A stretch of 64,000 bases of DNA. Origin: Tubulanus polymorphus. Lineage: Eukaryota > Animalia > Nemertea. The translations under genes were made by a program, and so were the position numbers. Of the stretch, positions 54,000-64,000 are shown one piece after another. The stretch's first letter is position 1, and the number at the start of each line of letters is the position of its first letter. The DNA is taken from assembly GCF_964204645.1 (NCBI RefSeq), contig NC_134034.1:7948962-8012961 (forward strand). Direction: 5' to 3'. The notes below the pieces were generated by a model. It worked only from the letters and a program-made list of their open reading frames with translations, did not search any database and was not told the origin of the DNA.

Positions 54000-54636
54000 C
54001 AGGGATGAAAATCTTACACGGAAATCCGCGGTTGGAAATCTATTTTTATCATTCTTGTGATTCGTGTAAATCCGTTGAGAAAATGTGGGGTACCTGGGTG
54101 TGGAGTTTTGAGGAAAAGTTGTTAGTTGAGATCATAGCACACCTACGATCGTCGTAGGTGCTAAGATCACTAAATCTCTCATATATAAAGCCACCTGTCA
54201 GTGCGAGTTGCAAGAAATCAATAATTGTATATAATAGTGCTGGCAGCAAATTTATAATTAGAATTTACGGTTGGGTTCAACACAGAATACATGTGATCAA
54301 TAAAATTAGTTATTGTTTCAATCCATGCACTTTGAGGGAATTACTATAATAATATCCAAAACATGCAACTTCGGATTCAAACCTAACTGGTATCACTATA
54401 TATATCTAAGATTTGGATATTGTCGGAGCCATCTTTTTCATTGACATAAAAAACAAATGATCGACCGCGTGTGGCAGCAGTCTTATTTGTTGTCATTAGT
54501 CAATGCTGGAAAATGGGCCTCAGATACGCAAAAACCCCTTGAAATTTTGAAATTTTCATGGGGGAGGGCCCGGGGCGTCGCACCTTCAGTTTCTTTTTTG
54601 ATTTCCGTTTTTCAAACTACTCCGTTTTCATCCCTG
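54000..54636. mobile_element. hAT-like MITE (CAGGGATGAAAA TIR), copy without the HINE insertion
   Basis: 12-bp TIRs; shows the empty site tatttttat|cattctt. Confidence 0.75.
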
Positions 54637-54689
54637 TAAGCAGAAGGAATGAAATTAATAGACCAGCCTATTCCAGATCAAGAAAGAAT

Positions 54690-54826
54690 CCCTTTATTCC
54701 ACCCAAGAACATCCTCCCCCGGCAGGGATTCAAACCTGATAGCATCGAGACTTGCCACGGTACGAAACCCTGCCACACTAGACCATGTGTGCAACTGCAC
54801 GGGCGGCTTAGATGATGTCATTATTA
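54690..54826 (-). repeat. Repeat family with a tRNA-like (A/B-box-like) module, copy 1
   Basis: tggtctagtgtgg...ggtttgaatccc on the minus strand; related copies at ~55355-55441 (+) and ~62806-62922 (+). Confidence 0.55.
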
Positions 54827-55469
54827 CAGGGATGAAAATCTTCCGACCATAGACGGATTGCCAACCTTTTCTAAAATTTTCTTTATTCCTGAGATCAGTT
54901 CAAATCGCCTCAATCGCGCCTGTCACATTGGAGCCCTCTGTAGTTAGGAGTGCTCCTTAAGACGGTTTTTGGAGGTAGTTAGCACAACTGTGGAGTCGGA
55001 GAAACCAATATGGTTTATATGAGACCATCATGGTCTCATTCAAAAAGTGACTCTTAATTCAGGCCCTATTAACATTTTGACCAAAAGAAAGTGAGTTTTT
55101 TGGCTAAATATTACTGATTTTTATTCCCACTAAAGATTCTTTTTTTTAAAGACATTTTCCGACTTTTTCAATATGGGCCGTTTTAATGTTATTATAATAA
55201 CATAATATTATGTTATTATAATAACATAATATTATGTTATTATCAGATATCCTGTTTTATTTTAGCCTGGTTTTTCCCATTTATAGTTCCCTTGAAATAC
55301 TACCAGCTATTTGTTGGTGCCGCAAGTTTTCATGTGGTAAACCTGCACATGTACCTGCGCACCCAGTCTAGTGTGGCTGGGGTTGGTGCCGTGGCTGAGT
55401 GTAGCGATACCGTCGGGTTAAAATCCCTGCCAAGGGAGGATAGCTAAGTCAGGCGTGGTGACATTCTAT

Positions 55470-56045
55470 TTTTCTCAGCATGTGCGATGCGCTTTTCTCT
55501 CATTGGTGCTCTACACACTTCAAATTACATGTGATTTCTTTTAAACTTGGTATGTGTAATGAAGTCAGTCTATGGATGAAACCTTTTGAAATTAGCTTTC
55601 TTGCTCTTCCAATGGTGAATATGGCCACTACGGCGGACATCTTGAATCACTTGTAAGCACTCTACATACGCCAAATAATGTGCGATTTCTTTTAAGCTCG
55701 CTATGTGTAATGAAGTCGGTCCATGGATGAAACTTATCGATAATGAGCTTTCTCGCTCTTCCAATATGGCCGCTATGGCGGACATCTTGAATTTTTTGTT
55801 AATGCTCTACACACGTCAAATAATGTGTGCGGTCTTTTAAAATTGGTATGAGTAATGTGGTAGGTCCATGGATGAAAACTGTCAAAAATTCCCATTCAGC
55901 CAATATGGCCACAATGTACGGACATTTTGAATCTCTTGTTCCTGTTGACACATGTAGAATTGATTACGGTTAAGTAACATGAATCAGTTCATACATTATC
56001 TTATAAAATAGAGATATTTATGGTGGTGGCTAGGTCAACCTTCTT
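55470..56045 (+). repeat. Degenerate repeat with ~3 x 150-bp tandem units, probably HINE-like
   Basis: ctctacac...tgtaatgaagtcggtccatggatgaaac...aatatggcc..ggacatcttgaa recurs three times. Confidence 0.6.
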
Positions 56046-56171
56046 CCGTCTTAAGTGATATGCATACATGCCAACCCGTACGATTAGTCCGTATTCGTTT
56101 TTATTATTTGTTTTTTTTTCATTAAAAATGATTGTCGGTACAGCAATACGGTCAATGATGATAAAGTACGT

Positions 56172-57855
56172 TTTTTAGATTCAGCGCCGCTGAATCTAGT
56201 AGTATTAAACGGAGTGTTGAATTTGTGTTGACCGCTATCTCCTCCGAGTGTGAAATGATTCACGGGCTAAGGTTTGCATTAAGTTGGCTGTTATAATGGC
56301 AGCTAAGTGGCGACTGCTTTTGAAGGCTATTGATGAAGCCTAAATTGGGTAAATTGGCAATTTGATACCGTTTTTGGGGGTTTTTAACGATGTAGTGTGA
56401 CATCATCTTGATCTACTAACGTAAACACGACGAGCAGAATTGTACAACATTTGCTGTCGAATTTACAAGTAGGCTTTTTATATATTACTGATACAACTTA
56501 TAAAATTCTTCAATAAGAAAACTACAAATGAATAAGATAAAATTGACGAGGATTTTTCATTTACTGTGCTGAAAATTGCATGTCAATGCACGGCGTAGTT
56601 TGGAGTATTTACTGCGGAGCTGTGATGATAGCGCCCTCATTTTAGTAACACGTGACGCTTACCAAAATCAACGAAGCCGTTAATCTTTAGATAAACAATA
56701 TTCTCTTAATAAAAATTTGTTTGTAAATACTCAAACTAAAATTGATTATGCATACGCCCAGTTTTATCTCGACAGAAAAAAAATGTTTGTATCGATATGC
56801 AGATGAACTTTAAACAATTCTAATTTTCATTTCATTTCAAAAAACACCATACAGGCAGCCAATATTGTGTAGTATGTAGTTGAATTCGAGCCCTACTAAC
56901 CACAGCTCACTCGCTATGGTCCTGCCGATGCGTGGGATACGTCTTGTTGACCTCTGCTTCTCTTTTGCGCTACTGCATTTGATACCAAGGTCTATAATGA
57001 GATGGTTATGTGGAAGTGTCGCCGCGATCCGTGCGCGTTCTCATGCGGCGTTATTTAAAACTGCATAGCCGTTTGAACGATACTACGAGAGAATGTGAAT
57101 TGTTGCTTTTGTTCGAAGAATTAAAATCGCTCTCACGTACATATTGTTCATGTCGAACTGATCTATAGTTAGAGAATAGATAGAGAATTCATTAGAATGT
57201 TGAACTTGTTGCTAACCCGACCACACAGAAAGAATCTTTTTAGTTGTAAAATGTTATTAACTCTATCGGTCCATTTCTAAAACTCTGATATAGTAAAATA
57301 TCATTGATCTGATGGTTTAAGAAAGGAACGTACAGGGTAGATAGGTGGCCAGCTGTGTCAACTTTTAAGGTCAGCAATAATTGAAGAGACAAGGTATCAA
57401 TTTTTTAGCCTTAGGTCTTGGCTTTGAATCCTGAAAAGCGGACAGTTCGTATGGAACTTAGTACTTTCTCATCTCCCGATAGACCTACAGCTAGATTTGA
57501 TTTCAGCTTCAGCAACATAAATATAAATAGGCCTATGACATCTGAGATGCTTTTGATTTAACGAAACCTTATAATTTATTAGGAGGCTTATAATTTATAA
57601 TGATTATATGTATTTCATTTCAAGATCTATAAGGCCTACTTAAAATGTGTTACGTTCCTTCTCTTCCTTGTATAAACAACTGTTTGTCATTTAAAATCTA
57701 ATTACCTTATACTGTTATAACATGCAATTGTATGTCAAGTATAAGCTGATAGAGCACCTTACTAAACCAATATATGGTCTAGTATGGTGGATATGATAAA
57801 CTCCTTCGATTCACTAACTTCTGCGCTGAATCTAACAGTGCCCATGGGCACCTTG
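56172..57855 (+). mobile_element. HINE-like family D, complete
   Basis: Subterminal IR ttagattcagcgc/gcgctgaatctaa, then the palindrome gtgcccatgggcac. Confidence 0.8.
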
Positions 57856-60800
57856 TCTCATTAAATCAGCAAAATACATATTTTTCACCAAAGAATCTCT
57901 GGAAATTTAAAAACTACGTGTACGATTTTTTATTCATGAATACGATAGCTAGATTTATTGATGATATTTTGGTTGCATTTGACTAATATCGGCCGAGGTT
58001 TGAGAAAAATTGCATTGCGTTCAAATCAAAATTTACTGTTGGTGAAGTCATGTTCGTAGTCCCTATTTGAACATGTCCAATCCATTAGTTCCATGCAGCT
58101 TTGATGGCGCTTTTTAAGATTGTGAAAGTAAAAATTATGTGAATTTAACTTAAATATGTCAAGAAACCACAAGGGTGGGGATTCAGACATGCAGTTCCAC
58201 TAAAGATCTGTGTGTTAAGAGTCATAAAGGCGATTACAGCCAGCTATTTCCGCATGTTTATTCATTTTCAAAAAAGGATGCCAACCCTAACCCTAGCTGT
58301 CCAGACCATTCTACTCTTTTTACGAAATGCTACTGATCTAATGAACTGAGTACTGATGATTCTTAAGGTAAAAATAAGAAAATACTGACTGAGATATTAG
58401 AATACTAAAATGTTGCTTAAGAAAATGTTACTGAAAAGGGGTATAAAATACTGAAAAAAACGGAACTTTCAACCAAAAATACTGAATGTGGTAATCCCAA
58501 TGTTGGCATGTATTGATATGTCAAATAAAAGCACAATAGAACAGGCACAAATCACTGCACATTATCTTAGGCCTATATGGACTAGAGTGCTGACGTATTT
58601 TGAAATAAGTTTATTATAAGGACTGAAACCTTTGTTGAGGTTGACAGAGCGATCGGAATGAATAAAAAAATCAAAATGGATTCAACTATATTATTATATT
58701 TACATTTATTTTTGCGAAATTGCTATTAGGAGAAATTTTGTTAGCTCTTGAATCAAAATTGTGTCCAGCTTCCAAAAATTGGAGGACTACCCCACTTTCT
58801 AGTTTGACTCCATTAAAAACATCATGTTTATGTTCCTTAATTCAATCCTTCTGCTGTAATTGTAGAATTATAATTATAGCATAGGCTCGTTGGAAGCAGA
58901 AAGTTGTTTGTATTAAAGTTTACTTGAAGTGAAGCAGTTAAGAATTGAGAAAGCTATTGACATCTTCAAATGGGAGCTCTTCAAATAGGTTTTAGGCTTA
59001 TTTAATGACATGTTGCTGGATTTTGGATAGGCCTACAGTGTCATTAGGCCAGCTGTAAGCAGTATAAATATAGGCGCAACACAAAAAGGAGTGAATCTAA
59101 ATCCTGCGGTATGCAGATGAAAGACTTTCACTGTGCAACTGAGCATGTATTCATACAAATCTTGCATATAAGCATAATCCATTGTCCAATTCCTAGGAAG
59201 CCAAATTTTGAAAAAGGGCCTTGTTTGAATTTACAGAGGGGTTTTAGCAAAAATCTTACTGCAAAAATATATTTTTCAAAAAGCCAACCAGAGAGGGAAG
59301 TCTCCACTCAGGGTTCAAAGGGTTTAATCTTGAAGTGAAAGGTGTGCACATAATATAATACAATTAGCCCCAGGCTAAGTCGTTCAGTAGAAAATGAAAT
59401 TCACTGACAACATGAAAGAGGGACATTAAAGACTTATTGACCTGTCTGTAGTACTACCAACAGCGATCTGAACATTTGCTTCTTGATTCCATACCACAGT
59501 ATAATTTGCCAATGCTTCATGGCCCATGGGCCTCTTGTTTCCTGGAGCAACTGGTTGAATGAATCGATCAAGTTATAAGCACATTGTGTTTGTGTTGTTT
59601 ATGAGTTTAATGTTGAGTATTTGTTTATTGTTGTTGTCGTTTGCATGTTGTGTGTTTGCCGCATGGTCGATCATTCTCTTTGTGATCAATGTCTTGGTTA
59701 ATATGGTCCCTCGGTTTCCGAAAACGAATGATATTCAAGAGGAGCAAAGGGCCTACATGTCGTGGTCAATGGTGTGTAGTGAACGGTTAAACATGGGGGG
59801 CTTAGAATGTATGGATACAGTGTACTCAGCCAGTATTTCTTAAAAATTCATATCAATGTTAGGGAGCATTCAAATATACTTTTCTGATTGGAGGTCTCTT
59901 GGGAAAATGTACGTACTTAGTGGACAAGAGATATCCCAATATCATCCCACTCTAAATATCCCTAGATTTACACAATTTTATATAATAGACACATCGTCGC
60001 CATTAAATTCTAGTGACTATCTCAGCGGCATTTTTCAATTAAAGGTAGGTCAACTGGTTAAGCATGGCATATTGCTATTCGTTGGTTGAGGGGGTCTTTC
60101 AAAATGTAACTACAGGTGCGGGTTTGATAGAATAAGTACCGAGATCATACAAGGGGAGGGGTTCTTAAAAACGGCAAATTAACGGTAGGCACTATTTGAA
60201 CGCTCCCTTATTCCAGCTATCGGCTTCTAATTCTGTCAGATTCCATCAGCTTTTGGCCAGTAGAGATGTGGATCTATGCATATATCGATATATAAGACAA
60301 TATCAGTAATGATCCCTTCAATCCAATTAATATGCAGATATTATAAATTTAACCAGTTGAAATTTTATCTGCATTGATTCAAGATTGTTCGCTAGTCAAC
60401 TGCTAAATCTTGGTGTTTAATTATCAGTTATGTTGATTTTGGTCAGGAAATATTTGCGGAGGCGGATTTAGGGAATCTTGAAGTGGTGGACCAGTCCACA
60501 AAAGTTTTTGAAGGGGGCGGACCAGTCCACCCCTTGAAAATTCGAATGTTCCCTACAAAAAGGCTGAAAAAACTTTTTGCAAAGGAAATTTAAGAAAGGT
60601 GAAAGAAAATAAATCCAAATGGGTCCTGATAAGGACAAAAAAAGCTTCTGATTGTCCTAAATGTTCTGTGGGGGCCACCAGAACCCCTACCAACGTTTCG
60701 CTTGCAGCCTTGCATTGCCAAATCTGCCCTTTCAAATTAAGTGCCCATTCTAATTCCACCCCTTTCAAAGGATCCTAGATCTGCCCTTGATTTGGTCAGG

Positions 60801-61416
60801 ATAAGTTTCTTTGTTCAACAACACTAATTCAGGGATCAGTTTCATATAAAAAAATGAATATTCATTTTGGAATCCATACGAAAAAAAAATGCATTATGTC
60901 TTCGAGAATATTTTTACATTGTTATGTCATGGTGAATGTAAAGGTTCATAAATTTATAAGTATTAGCAGGCCCGTAGGCTGGGGTTGCGACGTGCAGTGC
61001 TTCCCCATCACAGCATCGAGTTCCCGGAATAGTGAAATAAAAAGTTAACTACAAAATTTACGGTACTCGCACTGCCATTTACAAATTTGTAAGACATTAT
61101 GCCGATTTGTCCATACTGATAACTAGACTAGGTGTTTAAAGTGAAGAAAACTCCTTTTACAAGCTGGATGAAATACACAGTGCCTACAGAATGGTTTTGA
61201 CTGAAGGAAAAAACATTTTCAAACTTGTTCAGCTTTTTTAGCATCAACTGTGTTGATCCTTCTTATAGAATGGTCCTGAGATTTTTTCATGAGAAGATTA
61301 GGTGTTGGAATTAATATGGAGAGTTTCATCCATCAGCTCTAAGCCGTTTTGAAGTGATGGGAGGAAATGTGCGAAATTTCAATGAATTTTTACCCATTTT
61401 ACTAGCTTGACCTTGT

Positions 61417-62521
61417 TGGTTTACCTTTGTCAGCAGTATGAGGTTGGCATTGAGCCAATTCATGTAAAATCGCGGTTCGTTTTTTTATGTGAGCATTTTT
61501 TTCATTAGTTCTCGAGTTAAACAACGTATAATCGATGCGATTGAAGACATGATGAACCTCCGTCGATGACATGGTCAACTTAGTTTAAATTCGACGAAAA
61601 ACTGTTTTTGGCGGGAAAATTCTTAGCTCTTGCGTATAAAATTGCAATGACCTCGATTGGGGGGCGTCGTCTCTACGAGCGAATGTGATTGGCTGTTTTT
61701 GGGATATACGGGGAATTCCGGCACTACTAAGATAATTATGGGAAAGCGTTAATGGTGAACGTTTCATTGGACAAGGTGCCGTATATGTGCAAATTTTAAA
61801 TGCTCATTGCTGGTGAGAATATGATTATTTCACATATCGCCATAGGTATTGTTTCATTTTTATACCCGGTGATTGTGTTGATTGAGATTGAAGTGAAGGG
61901 AACGTTCACTGCACAAGGCCTCCACGTGGGAGTGCTAGTGCACACAAACACACGCTCACAGACTTCTATATGGTGATGCTGTAACGCTGCTTGGCGCGTG
62001 CACGTTTGGTATGATAACAGGCTGAATAATCGTCGTAGGATGAGCGCTGTGTTTTCTGTTCGATAGAATTTGTAATTTCTTGTGACCTGAAAATACTAAG
62101 CAGCAAACTATAGGCATAGGTCGAGGTCTGAATATTGTGTAGTGGTAAATTCCAGGATTTAAAACGATCTAATGCTACGCCCCGGTGTATTACTCAATAT
62201 TCAGCCACCCTCTGACATGTGACTTCATATGTATTTTATTTGAATATTTTTTCATATTGTTAAAAATATTTTTTTGAAAATATAAAATAGTTTCCCTGCC
62301 GCGCCTACCTGTACCCTACAAAATTTTGGACGTAGACCGTAAACAAATGTATATCTTTGGTCTTATTTGACTACAAAATAATTCTCTAAGAAAGATAAAA
62401 TACAATATAAACTTGTGGAACTTTGAAGTCACGAATTAAAAAGATTTTTCAAGCAATGTCCTTACTCCAAACAACCTCTAGCTTTCAAGGTAAACCATAC
62501 TTTGCCCATGGACAATTTATT
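61417..62521 (+). mobile_element. HINE-like family C, copy 2
   Basis: ~1.1-kb high-identity copy of 25707-26885 with the same ends. Confidence 0.8.
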
Positions 62522-64000
62522 TCATATCGTGAAAAATATTTTTTGATATGACATCACAGGGAAAGCCCTTCAGAAAAAACACTTACTTTGAAAGCACTTT
62601 AGTAGGGCTTTTCCAGTGACATCATTATCAAGAAAATAGTATTGATTGTTCAGCCATGTGCTGGTAAGTCATAGGGCAAACCTATTACCATGTATTTCAT
62701 CTAAGTTGAACATGCTTACTTTACAGTGCACCACGATTTCATCTTATCGGTTGTTAATACCTTATTGCAAACCTGGGCTAAAATAAATCCGGATTTCTGA
62801 TTGGCTAATAATGACATCATCTAAGCTGCGTATGTAACTGCGCACTCGGTCCACTGTGGCACGGTTTTGTACCGTGACAAACTCGATGCCATCAGGTTCG
62901 AATCACTGCTGGGAAGTTGAGGAAACTTTCTGTTTCCAAGTAATCGTGAGAAAGTTGCATCGCGAGATCGACAGCCGAGTAGTGAGATTGGCGGGACACC
63001 TCTCTGTCAACAACCTCGCCGCTAATAATTTTTTTTAATTTTTTGGTTTCTCCTTCACCCTTCCACATTAGTATATAAAATAGGAATAAAAAATGATTTT
63101 TTGATTTTATTTTTTTCCCATTCACCCTTCCACATTTTAGTTATATGAAATACCAATTTTTTTTTTTTTTCTTCACCCTTCCAAAATTTTCCTTAAAAAA
63201 TCTGTGCTCCAACTAATTTAAAAAAAAGGCCTTAGGTAAAGATTATACATTTTGAACAAACCTAACATGTTACTTTGTCACACAATAGGCTTCCAGAAGC
63301 CTGAGAATGTATTTCTGAGTGTGTAGATTCAAAAAATTATCTTACTAAATCTTACATAGGGGATTTGCGCCTCCAGTCCTTGCACTGCAACTATTTGCCA
63401 TATTTAAACCCTTTCAGCGTTTCTACACTGCAGTGCTGATGAGTACATCTGTGATAGACTTTGCAAGTACACTGCACTGGTGTATTGATGTAACTAGTAA
63501 TTAGATTTTTATCTTCAAACACAATTCAAATATTAGTAACTAACAATACACCACAGAGCAGTGTAAACGCACTATAGCGGTATGCCTGAATGTTATTTAA
63601 TGCATTGGGGTGGACTTATTTTTAATTCAAATAATCACCAGCACTTAAGTGTATTCCATGTAATTCGTCAGCACTGAAAATTCCACTCATTGGAAATGAT
63701 CACCCTCCTCCAAAAAAAAATTAGAGCACGCCATGATCCTGGCTGGCCTCTTATTGAATGTTTATCTAGAAATCGGGACCATGCAATTGGGTATGTGAGA
63801 GATTTGTTTTTTCATATTTCAAGTTTTGTTCAAGCATAAGGTCAGTTCATGTGAATCGTCTAGATCTGTTGAGAAAGGTTGGGGGTAAAGTGATGTGTGT
63901 TGGCATCAGGCAAATGCTAGACATTGCTTTACTCCTACATTCATGAAGTTTGTCTTCACATTAGCTAAGTAGTCACTATTTTTGAGACCCAATTTCTGTA

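Noticed and set aside
54635-54828. Apparent solo LTR (TGTAA...TTACA)
   Set aside because: The TG/CA ends come from flanking CAGGGATGAAAA MITE termini, there is no TSD, and the related copy at 62.8 kb extends past this boundary.
59559-59843. 94-aa hydrophobic ORF (membrane-protein-like)
   Set aside because: Hydrophobicity follows from GT-rich low complexity; no splice or homology support.

Overview
AT-rich, intron-containing metazoan (invertebrate-like) genomic DNA; no prokaryotic systems or CRISPR arrays. The one host gene is boule (BOLL, DAZ-family RRM germline RNA-binding protein) on the + strand. It reconstructs from 10 GT-AG exons: an ATG-only first exon at 10152-10154, a ~19.5-kb first intron, RRM exons at 29.6-31.4 kb, a frame-essential 19-nt micro-exon, and Pro/Gln/Tyr-rich exons to 48343 (256 codons; stop codon not located). 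The rest is largely nested mobile DNA: two Penelope-like retroelements (one with an intact minimal hammerhead ribozyme), a full-length degraded RTE-X-like LINE nested in another LINE's 3' end, a Crack/Daphne-like LINE, at least four non-autonomous Helentron-like (HINE) families, and several MITEs, including nested palindromes just after boule exon 1. The standout elements are a 406-bp miniature LTR retrotransposon whose LTRs carry a tRNA-like Pol III promoter (tRNA-Pro PBS, PPT, 4-bp TSD), and recurrent TA->TAGGCCTA micro-indels visible between repeat copies. All calls were made by eye; none was verified by database search.
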